DNA from: a virus | Reading direction: 5' to 3' (one strand) | DNA: 64,000 nucleotides | IMG/VR virus record: IMGVR_UViG_3300025132_000022 | Span: 1-64,000 of that record | In this document: one piece after another, positions 19,901-27,347 of the stretch | Layout of the letters: each line of letters opens with the position of its first letter | Numbering within the stretch: position 1 is the stretch's first letter | Notes under the pieces: generated by a model | What the model was told of the DNA's origin: nothing | The model's input: only the letters and a program-made list of their open reading frames with translations | Database searches by the model: none | Made by a program: the position numbers and the translations under genes

Positions 19901-20340
19901 AATATATTTTGAAGTCCTTTTTGGTTTTGCGCCAACAGTATAAGGTGACTCCTTCTGTTCAAAATAGACTTTACTTTTCTCTTGGACGCCTCATCTTCTA
20001 TCGTTGCGCCTGACTGAGTTGATTCAAGTTGCTTCTTATTTTTCGCCTCTTCCTTTATTCTATTGTAGTCCTCTTTCCAGTTTGCAACACTTGGCACGAA
20101 ATATGCTTCACAACCGAATATTGGTTTGAACTCCTTGCCCTCGCTCATCATCTTCTTAGCGTGAATAACCTGATATGCTAAACCGTTTGCGTTGCCGTGG
20201 TCGGTTAGTGCCAAGGCATCCATGCCATTCCCGTAGGCAAAGTCCATATGCTGTTGCGGATATCCTAGCGCATCAAATATCGATCCTGCAACCGAATGTG
20301 CATGCAATCCAACAAATGGGATTTTAGGTTCTTCTCTCAT
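16918..20340 (-). CDS. dnaE: DNA polymerase III alpha subunit (family C), PHP domain apparently intact
   Basis: HAHS, TDH, GRGSAAGSLVAY, FERF, PDIDYD, HAGG, KFDILGL, RPGP, QEQ, YGFNKSH; no intein. Confidence 0.97.
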   Translation of the reverse strand: MREEPKIPFVGLHAHSVAGSIFDALGYPQQHMDFAYGNGMDALALTDHGNANGLAYQVIHAKKMMSEGKEFKPIFGCEAYFVPSVANWKEDYNRIKEEAKNKKQLESTQSGATIEDEASKRKVKSILNRRSHLILLAQNQKGLQNIFKMISKSYAGDNFYRYPRIDYAMLKKHGEGVIAASACLGGVYATDYRANIEFGEDAVLDAFRKTTQKMQSIFGDRWYGELQWNNVPEQHALNQFIIQMHYEFGIELISTADSHYYSPDAWKDRELYKRLGFLGRKVEWMSEDLPVDTDEIGYELYPKNGDQMWESYKKYSKECGVEYDDNLIMNSISRTYSIAHERIETFMPDNTVRLPDFVVPEGETAGQALAILCVEGAREKGFADKPHYIERLRYEANVIEDRGFSKYFLTMKKIAEEATRMQLTGAGRGSAAGSLVAYALGITQVDPIRYGLQFERFLTKGGSGYPDIDYDVSDPMVLKEHLIEEWGDDVVVPITNWNTLQLRSLVKDISKFYKIPFAEVNAVTNKMVYEATPLAKKAHGITAGVYNPTFEELMEYSETLQDFLEKYPDVKTHVNTLYGQTRSASRHAGGVVVGENLNEWMPLINSGGVRQTPWSEGQNVRHLEPMGFIKFDILGLASLRMMEDAIRHVLVRYEGFENPTFEDIKTFYEMNLHPEKINLDDKEVWENVFHEGKWAGIFQFTEGGAQSFCKNARPNNITDLAAITSIYRPGPLSAGVDKMYIGAKENPEDVEYLNDYVRDITEETYGFLIFQEQIAMLAHKLGKNLSLDEGNKLRKLLTKKGTGSAQVEMDKIYDKFRRGCLEKGMKQHETKELWGKFEYFSGYGFNKSHAVSYCVLSFQCAYLLHYYPECWLAAFLDKEPDKRKERAINVAKSYGYRIEPLNVNTSGVRWEISEDGKTLIQPLSSIKGLGTTAIEQIMDHRPFKKIEDFLFNENIKYSKLNKKAVSALCLSQALNCLMDERFTGLKHFWSAVAVERPRKEKNLLENIEKFENEGDLTEGEKLQYLVDLVGIFPMSTVVTEQLQHRIDELMIPAISEFDTELQVCWFIPREVLQKKTKNGKLFYVVKVIDSNSEENTIKCWGVDPDKDKIYVNRPYMARLQWDAQWGFSTRSVRKSFRILA

Positions 20341-20350
20341 ACTGTTCCTT

Positions 20351-21154
20351 TCATTTCTTCATCGCCGCCGAGAAACAATATCTCCAGTCGCTGCTGATCT
20401 TCAAAGGATCTTGCATCATCTCTTGATATCCATTCCACGAGGAAATGTCTTTGTAACTTTCTAATTCCATTGAATCACTATTTTCACTCATTATACCATC
20501 ACCAAAAACCTTGTCAAGAGTATAATTGCTCTTTACATCAATTCTCTTAAATAAATATGAGCAGTGCTTGAATTGCCTAACACTAAAGCTAAATCCCATA
20601 TGATGTCCAGTCAGTGCACTGTCCCCATTGTAGGTGTAAAAGAACGACTCGTTCTGTTTAACTAAGGATCTCGCCTCCGTTATTCTTGGATTGTACACAC
20701 CGTAAGGTGAAGATACATAATACCTGTAAGGAGTGATCCACTTAGATATTTTATCACTCACGGTAAAACTAGCACTAACCCCTTCCATAACAGAGACACC
20801 GATGCCCCTCTTATTCATGTTCTTGTAAGAAAGAGGCACATAAAATATAGGCGTGTGTGTTCTATTATCTGTTGGGAAGTTAGTAAACTTGGCGCGCTCG
20901 TGTTGAGCGAGGTTTAGGACAAAATCCCCACAAATTCTTTTCAGCAGTGGCGCTGTTGATTCATCACAAACAACCCAAATCGTCTTACAACCCATGTAAG
21001 AGCACTCGACAATACTTCTCTGGATTGCATAAAAACTGTTGTCGATAGGTAGGACGCTTGGATGTATGACCAAATCTATATCAGAATCAACTTTAGATAC
21101 TGGAACAATCCCTGCTATGTGTTTTGATAATGTCGCTTCGTTTCTTTCTGTCAT
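20351..21154 (-). CDS. degenerate nucleotidyltransferase (GT-A)-like protein
   Basis: AGIVPV...LPI....AIQRSIVEC...GCKTIWVV resembles the NTP_transferase N-terminus but lacks GxGTRL; start likely MTERNE. Confidence 0.5.
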   Translation of the reverse strand: MTERNEATLSKHIAGIVPVSKVDSDIDLVIHPSVLPIDNSFYAIQRSIVECSYMGCKTIWVVCDESTAPLLKRICGDFVLNLAQHERAKFTNFPTDNRTHTPIFYVPLSYKNMNKRGIGVSVMEGVSASFTVSDKISKWITPYRYYVSSPYGVYNPRITEARSLVKQNESFFYTYNGDSALTGHHMGFSFSVRQFKHCSYLFKRIDVKSNYTLDKVFGDGIMSENSDSMELESYKDISSWNGYQEMMQDPLKISSDWRYCFSAAMKK

Positions 21155-21854
21155 AAAACCTAACTTTCTTGGTGCTCTTGTATATGATCTCTTCGATCGG
21201 CAAGACCTTTCTATCCAGTACCTCAAGTTTGGGTTTTCTTCTGGAACTGCGATCTTTCGATACCAAAGGTTTGTACACACCTTCGTTATTTTGAAACAAC
21301 TTTTCGACCATGAACCTAACCATCGTATCAGAGTAATCGAAGTTTGTCAACTGTTCTTTGCTCAGGTAGCACAGAGAGAATACGTCTTTTTTGCCAATGG
21401 ACTCGATTCTTGAAATAAACCCCTCCTTTGGGAAAATTGGAACTAAATTAGACGCATCACAAAATTTCAACCTCATAAAATCAACAATTTTGTATTGATC
21501 TTCGTGCTCAGTGTGAGTAATATCTAGATCAGTCTTCACTGCACTGTGCGGAAACATGTGACATCTCTTGAACTCAATCTGCGATTCTCGAATGTGGATT
21601 TTGTCATTCTCCACCCTAACATACTCCAGGTTGTTGGGGTTAATAACTAACCCTCGCATGGCACACAAAAACTTTAACATAGACCATGCTTCGGCATGCC
21701 TGTCTGTTACGAGATGTTCAATAGTTATCTGTTTTTCAAACTTTAGGTCAATAGTTGGTTGAGTATGCCTCGGTATCACTATCGGTATTTCATCCCTGTA
21801 GGATTTCAACAGCGCAGAAACACACCCACCAACTATTACTTGATCAAGGATCAA
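21093..21854 (-). CDS. hypothetical protein (degenerate Rossmann-like N-terminus)
   Basis: QVIVGGCVSAL resembles the VIIGxGxxG/A of FAD-binding domains. Confidence 0.5.
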   Translation of the reverse strand: MILDQVIVGGCVSALLKSYRDEIPIVIPRHTQPTIDLKFEKQITIEHLVTDRHAEAWSMLKFLCAMRGLVINPNNLEYVRVENDKIHIRESQIEFKRCHMFPHSAVKTDLDITHTEHEDQYKIVDFMRLKFCDASNLVPIFPKEGFISRIESIGKKDVFSLCYLSKEQLTNFDYSDTMVRFMVEKLFQNNEGVYKPLVSKDRSSRRKPKLEVLDRKVLPIEEIIYKSTKKVRFYDRKKRSDIIKTHSRDCSSI

Positions 21855-23908
21855 TTACAAATTCTCAAAACAAAATCATACCTATTGTTACTAGCGGGCA
21901 TGAATCCTGAATTGTCAGTACTTCTTGCATCTTCTTCAGGTTGGACCAAGCATATCTCATCCAATATGGACATTAGATCATCATACATCTGCTGTTGATT
22001 GGAGGACAATTCGAAGACGCGACCATTACCGTGAGAAGCAAAGTTGTCCCAAACGCGAGAGCGACGTTCGGCGAATGCGTAAAACTTCAGATTGGGAGTT
22101 GCGTCCAGGGCGTCCCAAACTGTGTCCGACTGAATTCTAGGAACGAGAAAAGACTGAGAGTACTCGTCGCTGAAGAGTACAATTATCCTGTCAGCATTAG
22201 ACCTCCAGTTAACCTTGAAGAACTTGAGTTCAGGATGAGACCCGACTCGATTGGCCCATCGAGACTGAGTGAAATCGTATCCAACATTGCCTGAGATGTT
22301 GGCGATAGACAACAATATCGCATCTCTAAGCATCTCTTGTCCTGTCTGATTATCAAACTGTCCCACGTTCGCGAACGACACAAGGAAATCTTCGAAGTCC
22401 GCTATGTCGGACTGCAGTATGAGTATCTCCATGTTCCCTGTAGGGGTCGTGCGATGTTTTGGTCCCACGATCAATCCCCATTTGAGTTTATCCTCGGCCG
22501 AGAAATCCTGTGCGAACCTATTCATCGCCATCCTTACCGCATTTATGTAATTTTCCATAGAACCAGACCAGTCTACGATAAAAAGAATATCCGTCTCTGG
22601 AATTTCTTCACCGTAATCGACTATGCCGTCGCAATCATTATCTGCGCCGTCGCAGATCTCAGCGTTGGGTAAGGTTTCGCCGCCACAAAGGTCAGAGATC
22701 TGCCTACCTGATTGGTCTCGCCCAAACCACTGTCCAGCGTTGCAAACCTGCGATCCCTCTTCACACACTCCAACGTTCAGCGTACCTTCTGGTCCTGTGT
22801 AACACGGGCGGGTTAATTGCTCGTCCACCAGACTGTCGCAGTCTTCATCAAAATTGTTACACAGTTCTGGATTCGTAGGTATTCCGACAAACTGATTACA
22901 GGTAGACTGCTCCTGTTGCTCAAGTTCTGGAACCCAGTGACACAAAGCATAACATTCTGTCATTTGAGTTACCTGACACTCCTCATTCACACACTCGCAT
23001 GTCTTGAATCCCATGCCACAGGTTAAGGGTGGTTCCATACAAGGCACCAAAGCTCCGACAGACTCTGGTGGACACTGGCAATTCAGTCCCTCATCTACAA
23101 GACTGTCACAGTCGTTGTCTTGTCCGTCACACTGTTCGTCTACTGGTCGATCTGCAGTGCACCCTACCCAGTTACCATTACCACAAATCTCCAATCCTGA
23201 ATTGCAGATAGTGGAACACTCTCTTATCAACTGTTCATCGATAAAGGTGTCACAGTCATTATCTAAACCATCGCATATGTCTTCGGGTACCTGGCCGCAT
23301 CCGCCGCAGGCATTCAACTGGTTTTCGTCAATGTTCCCATCGCAATCGTTGTCGATGCTGTCGCAGACTTCCTCTTCCTCGAAGCACGTAACACACTCGC
23401 CATAATAAAGTCTGCCTTTATCGCACCTGACCTGCTGGGTGCCAGAAGTGCCTTCTATTTCACAATCGTAATACATTGTAAAGTCTTCATTTATACCAGG
23501 TGGACAGTCAAAAGCGTGCTGGCACTCAGTCTGTTCGATTATTTCCGCAGGGGGACAGTTCGGGTCTCTGTTCCTATCACAAGGGGTTAAGTTTTCATCA
23601 CAAATATCCAACACGGCATACCTTGCTTGGATCTCTACACCTTGAGGCGGACAGTACCAGGTCTGTTGTTGGCAGCAAGTTGGATTGCAATCGCAAAACC
23701 TAACATGTGTGTTTGAAATGTTCGCGCATGGATCCACCCACGCATCAACTGTGATATCTGGTATTATGACAACTTGAACGTCTTGAGTCCTGGCGTCTGA
23801 TACGAGACTTCTGGACTGTTCCATGTCCGCAGTCCCAACCGTTGTCTCATCGTTGCAACTAACAATCGTTAGAAAGCAAACTGTATATACGCTTAACTTT
23901 TTTAACAT
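21851..23908 (-). CDS. lipoprotein with five CDGxDNDCD (MopE-like) repeats and C-terminal vWA domain
   Basis: Lipobox IVSC; repeats EVCDSIDNDCDGNIDE, DICDGLDNDCD, EQCDGQDNDCD, ELCNNFDEDCD, EICDGADNDCD; MIDAS DWSGS. Confidence 0.85.
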   Translation of the reverse strand: MLKKLSVYTVCFLTIVSCNDETTVGTADMEQSRSLVSDARTQDVQVVIIPDITVDAWVDPCANISNTHVRFCDCNPTCCQQQTWYCPPQGVEIQARYAVLDICDENLTPCDRNRDPNCPPAEIIEQTECQHAFDCPPGINEDFTMYYDCEIEGTSGTQQVRCDKGRLYYGECVTCFEEEEVCDSIDNDCDGNIDENQLNACGGCGQVPEDICDGLDNDCDTFIDEQLIRECSTICNSGLEICGNGNWVGCTADRPVDEQCDGQDNDCDSLVDEGLNCQCPPESVGALVPCMEPPLTCGMGFKTCECVNEECQVTQMTECYALCHWVPELEQQEQSTCNQFVGIPTNPELCNNFDEDCDSLVDEQLTRPCYTGPEGTLNVGVCEEGSQVCNAGQWFGRDQSGRQISDLCGGETLPNAEICDGADNDCDGIVDYGEEIPETDILFIVDWSGSMENYINAVRMAMNRFAQDFSAEDKLKWGLIVGPKHRTTPTGNMEILILQSDIADFEDFLVSFANVGQFDNQTGQEMLRDAILLSIANISGNVGYDFTQSRWANRVGSHPELKFFKVNWRSNADRIIVLFSDEYSQSFLVPRIQSDTVWDALDATPNLKFYAFAERRSRVWDNFASHGNGRVFELSSNQQQMYDDLMSILDEICLVQPEEDARSTDNSGFMPASNNRYDFVLRICN

Positions 23909-24335
23909 AACCTAACCTTTTATAAAATCCCTTTTTTGTAATACATTTTGTGCCTGCATTGTAATAGCACAATCCCTTATCAACATTACCAACAGCGTAC
24001 ACTCTGATATGATAAGAGAGTATCTCCGCCCCAACCCTTATTGATGTCTTTGGGTCTTTTAGTTGTTTGCAAGTATACTTTGTAAACATACTTTCTGGTC
24101 CTCCAGTCCATCTAGGTACTACCTGTGTTAACCCACAAGCACCAGCGGAACTGACCGCATTTTTATAAAATCCACTTTCAACATATATAACTGCTGCAAG
24201 CAGTGCGGGATCTAGAGAGTTGCGTTTTGCCTCTGACCTTATTATATCCTCATACTTGCACATGCTACTGTGCTGATAGTCAGTTAGTTCCAAGTTCTGG
24301 TGAGACAATATGCACAGTGAAAGCAAAAATACCAT
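23859..24335 (-). CDS. lytic transglycosylase (SLT domain) with N-terminal hydrophobic segment
   Basis: LDP.LL.AVI.VES, AVS.AGA.GL.Q, YN.G motifs; TAATG coupling to thyX gives start MVFLLSLC. Confidence 0.88.
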   Translation of the reverse strand: MVFLLSLCILSHQNLELTDYQHSSMCKYEDIIRSEAKRNSLDPALLAAVIYVESGFYKNAVSSAGACGLTQVVPRWTGGPESMFTKYTCKQLKDPKTSIRVGAEILSYHIRVYAVGNVDKGLCYYNAGTKCITKKGFYKRLGYVKKVKRIYSLLSNDC

Positions 24336-25039
24336 TACTTCTCCATCTTGTTTTGTATAAACGAATGTACGGAGTGGGGAAAGTACTCCTCCGCTATCTC
24401 CAGACACGCTTCAGCAACTTGCTGGATTTCCCACTGAGCACCTTCGTGAGATCTCAATTGGATGAACTTCAAAAGGTTGTGCAGATTGACAGTGCCATAA
24501 TACTTTGTATACAAGTTTTGAGGTAGGACACCCCTTGCCTGCTCGCGACAAACTCCAGACTTTATGAGTTCGTTGAACAGTTTCAAGCATTCGTTATTGT
24601 GTGTCCTGACCATACTAGATGCAACTCCAGACACTGGCAGTCCCGATCTATTGTACTCGACAATTGGATCAATCAACTCATTCTTGCTTGCCTGCCTGTT
24701 GCTTTCGTGCTGAGTCCTGAACTCTCTTGGTTCATAAAACTGCATATCTATCGCAGTATATCTGCGAGAAATTTCATTATATGCCCAAGTGCGATGCCTA
24801 TGGTGCTGACTGCGAATAAACAGAGGCACGGTGAACCGAAAAGTAATAGCACAGTGCTCAAAGGGGGAAGAGTGGTTGTGTGCCATAAGGTAGTTGATAA
24901 GTTTAGTATCCTTTTCATCTACTTCCTCTTTTTCTGTGCCGAACGAAACTCGTGCGGCATTAACAACTGACAAATCCGAACCCATATGCGAAATGTACTC
25001 AACCGCACCGATGTCGTCTCCAAATAATTCAACCCTCAT
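24335..25039 (-). CDS. thyX: flavin-dependent thymidylate synthase
   Basis: AARVS, HSSPFEH, QHHRHRT..YNEISRRY, EQARGVLP, AQWEI. Confidence 0.96.
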   Translation of the reverse strand: MRVELFGDDIGAVEYISHMGSDLSVVNAARVSFGTEKEEVDEKDTKLINYLMAHNHSSPFEHCAITFRFTVPLFIRSQHHRHRTWAYNEISRRYTAIDMQFYEPREFRTQHESNRQASKNELIDPIVEYNRSGLPVSGVASSMVRTHNNECLKLFNELIKSGVCREQARGVLPQNLYTKYYGTVNLHNLLKFIQLRSHEGAQWEIQQVAEACLEIAEEYFPHSVHSFIQNKMEK

Positions 25040-25349
25040 TCGGTCTCCTGTATATACCAACCACGTAGTTTTCCAAAATCATGTAGTGGGTCTTCCCACC
25101 GATGTCTACTTCCTCTATCATGGTCTTGTCGACAACGATCTCCTTGGGTCCGACCGTGCCGTACTTGAGATCATGAAAATCCCTTTTACAATCTGATGCA
25201 ATATCAATTACGGTCGCCTTTATAAATCGAGATTCCTCTGTCTTAAAGTTGTTGGGTAAAATAACCCCAGTCTCAGTCTTGTCCACTTTGTAGTGGGGCA
25301 CGATACAAATGTGCCTGTTGACTGGTTTTAGTCTTTTTACCTCAGTCAT
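25029..25349 (-). CDS. groES: co-chaperonin GroES-like
   Basis: LKPVNRHI...KTETGVILP mobile loop; YMILEN.VVG C-terminal strand. Confidence 0.7.
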   Translation of the reverse strand: MTEVKRLKPVNRHICIVPHYKVDKTETGVILPNNFKTEESRFIKATVIDIASDCKRDFHDLKYGTVGPKEIVVDKTMIEEVDIGGKTHYMILENYVVGIYRRPNEG

Positions 25350-25629
25350 CAGCGCCTCCAAAGTTCTGCTTCAGGTGGTTAAAGTAATCAGTAATCATCT
25401 CAAGGTCATCGCCTTGCTTTAACATTCGATATACTTTGACTGCCATTCGCATGTCTTCCTTGGTCAACCAATCATTTTCAGCATAACTGGATCGTAAATC
25501 TCTTAAATGCTCCTTGAGTGGTTGCATCTCCTCTTCAATGGCGACAAACGCCTTGATAAATTTGACGATGTGCTCGTCCTTTGTCATATGATCTTCTTCT
25601 CTATCACCAAACATAGTAACTCCTTTCAA
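25342..25629 (-). CDS. small dsDNA-binding protein (T4 DsbA/GapR-like helical protein)
   Basis: FIK...IEEE...LKE.L.DL...Y pattern; own sigma70 promoter. Confidence 0.55.
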   Translation of the reverse strand: MKGVTMFGDREEDHMTKDEHIVKFIKAFVAIEEEMQPLKEHLRDLRSSYAENDWLTKEDMRMAVKVYRMLKQGDDLEMITDYFNHLKQNFGGADD

Positions 25630-25640
25630 TTGGTAGAATA

Positions 25641-25669
25641 ATAATACTAAATTATATCAATTAATGCAA
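25641..25669 (-). promoter_or_regulatory. sigma70-type promoter
   Basis: TTGCAT-17 nt-TATTAT in an AT-rich gap. Confidence 0.65.
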
Positions 25670-25696
25670 GTGTTTTTTTAACAAAATGAAATAAAA

Positions 25697-26005
25697 TTAC
25701 TCAAGTTTGAAACTGAGTTGTGCGCCGAATTGGTGATCAGTCTGCCAGTCATTTCTCAAAGAGTTGTTCAAAAGGTAGAATGTTCTGTAACTAATCTTCT
25801 GTGATAGTCTAAAGTTGAACCCGACACTAACCCTGTTCCTAGTGACCCGACTCTCCCTGATGGTGAAACTCTCCCTTATGAACATCTTGTCATATCCAAT
25901 CTCAACCCTGTTTTCAAACCAAAACTTTTTATTAGCGTTTGCATGCGGTGGAAACAGGAACCATACGTAGATAATGACCGCCTGTAAGAGTAGCAACCTT
26001 GGCAT
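25697..26005 (-). CDS. secreted beta-stranded outer-membrane-like protein (DUF2490-like fragment)
   Basis: Signal peptide ending ANA; alternating amphipathic strands; aromatic residue near the C-terminus. Confidence 0.55.
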   Translation of the reverse strand: MPRLLLLQAVIIYVWFLFPPHANANKKFWFENRVEIGYDKMFIRESFTIRESRVTRNRVSVGFNFRLSQKISYRTFYLLNNSLRNDWQTDHQFGAQLSFKLE

Positions 26006-26008
26006 TTC

Positions 26009-26944
26009 TCATGACACTCCCTGTACCAATAGTACTATAACAATCGACACAGACAGTCCCAACATCATTTTCATAAAGTCCCTCGCTACAAGAGGAAACA
26101 CCTTCTTCACTTTCCTGTCCATTCTTGTAGCGATTGCTAGTTCTCGACCACATAGGAGTCCTACGAACACCCAGGTCGTGCTCATTGGAATGTTGTTCAT
26201 CTGCTTGAGGTACAATAAAATAAAGGCATAAACGGCATCAATAATTGTTGCTGATCTAACGTAAGACGTGGAGGATTTCTCGATCACTATCTCCTGTATC
26301 TTGCCTCCCTTGGTATAGAACACGTACCCCAATACAGATACCAACAACACGATAACACCTGACAAGAACCCTGCGCTCATCTGTCGTGGTGCGAAAACTG
26401 CTATGTTTGCAAGGTCGTGACTTAACCAAGTGAACCACAGGAACCCCGTCGTGCCCCACTGGGCGATCCTCCAGGCGCGTTCATGATCTGGTTTGACTTT
26501 CTTCTTTTCATTCAAGTATTTGGATAAAATCATCCAAAATGCGTAAGCTACTGTTGCTGCAATGGCATACCCCATCACACTCTTCAGTAACATCTTTTCA
26601 AAAACAACAGTACTAGCAAAGGCAGACAGCACTAAAAATGTTGTGGAGACTGGGATGCCGTACCTTGTCAATAGCAACAGTACGCCTGGTGCCAAGGCGT
26701 GATACCACTCAACTGTGACAAAGGGTATCTTCTCTAAGCGTCCGAAGGATATATCTCCTCCGTACGAAAACCAACTATAAAGAACCGTAGCAACAAGAAC
26801 CGAAGAGGATGCTGCCCACAACTTCCACCAGGGTGTCTTTTTATTCGACACCATAAACGTTCCCAGGGTCTGTACAGCGTCGTTGCTCATAACAGCAGCG
26901 CCCGCAAGGGCAAGACCAACAAGGGGATAAACCATCTCTAACAT
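26009..26944 (-). CDS. PiT/Pho4-like inorganic phosphate transporter
   Basis: Two repeats, ND..QTLG/IPVSTT and HD.AN/IPMSTT; about 10 TM helices; SD AAGGAG. Confidence 0.75.
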   Translation of the reverse strand: MLEMVYPLVGLALAGAAVMSNDAVQTLGTFMVSNKKTPWWKLWAASSSVLVATVLYSWFSYGGDISFGRLEKIPFVTVEWYHALAPGVLLLLTRYGIPVSTTFLVLSAFASTVVFEKMLLKSVMGYAIAATVAYAFWMILSKYLNEKKKVKPDHERAWRIAQWGTTGFLWFTWLSHDLANIAVFAPRQMSAGFLSGVIVLLVSVLGYVFYTKGGKIQEIVIEKSSTSYVRSATIIDAVYAFILLYLKQMNNIPMSTTWVFVGLLCGRELAIATRMDRKVKKVFPLVARDFMKMMLGLSVSIVIVLLVQGVS

Positions 26945-26981
26945 TATTATAAACTCCTTTTAACTGGGGTAAGTATAGACC

Positions 26982-27027
26982 ATATTAGAGATGTTGTTGT
27001 GCCATTTGTGTGAAGTGTTTGAGACAA
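26982..27027 (-). promoter_or_regulatory. putative pho-box-like promoter
   Basis: TTGTCTC / ACTTCAC / ATGGCAC at 11-bp period, then TAATAT 11 nt downstream; no canonical -35. Confidence 0.45.
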
Positions 27028-27032
27028 GTGGG

Positions 27033-27347
27033 TTATATTGAAAAACTCTCCCCGCATCCGCAGGTTCTTTTTGCATTGGGGTTAATGAACTTGAATCCAG
27101 ACTGGTTTAGTTCGTCCACAAAGTCAATCATTGTCCCCATCAAGTAGAGGAAACTCTTACGATCAACGTAAATCTCAACCTCTCTGTCTGTTAGTACTCG
27201 GTCACCGTCATTCTTGTTGTCAAACAACAATTTGTAGGTGAAACCAGAGCATCCGCCGCCTTGGACGGCAGCGCGGACGCCTGATTCTTCCTTGTTTTCA
27301 AGCATGTCTTTCATCTTTTTTGCAGCGGATTCGGTTAGAGTTATCAT
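27033..27347 (-). CDS. iscA: Fe-S cluster assembly A-type carrier IscA/HesB
   Basis: ITLTESA, GGGCSGFTY, NPN...TCGCGESF. Confidence 0.95.
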   Translation of the reverse strand: MITLTESAAKKMKDMLENKEESGVRAAVQGGGCSGFTYKLLFDNKNDGDRVLTDREVEIYVDRKSFLYLMGTMIDFVDELNQSGFKFINPNAKRTCGCGESFSI

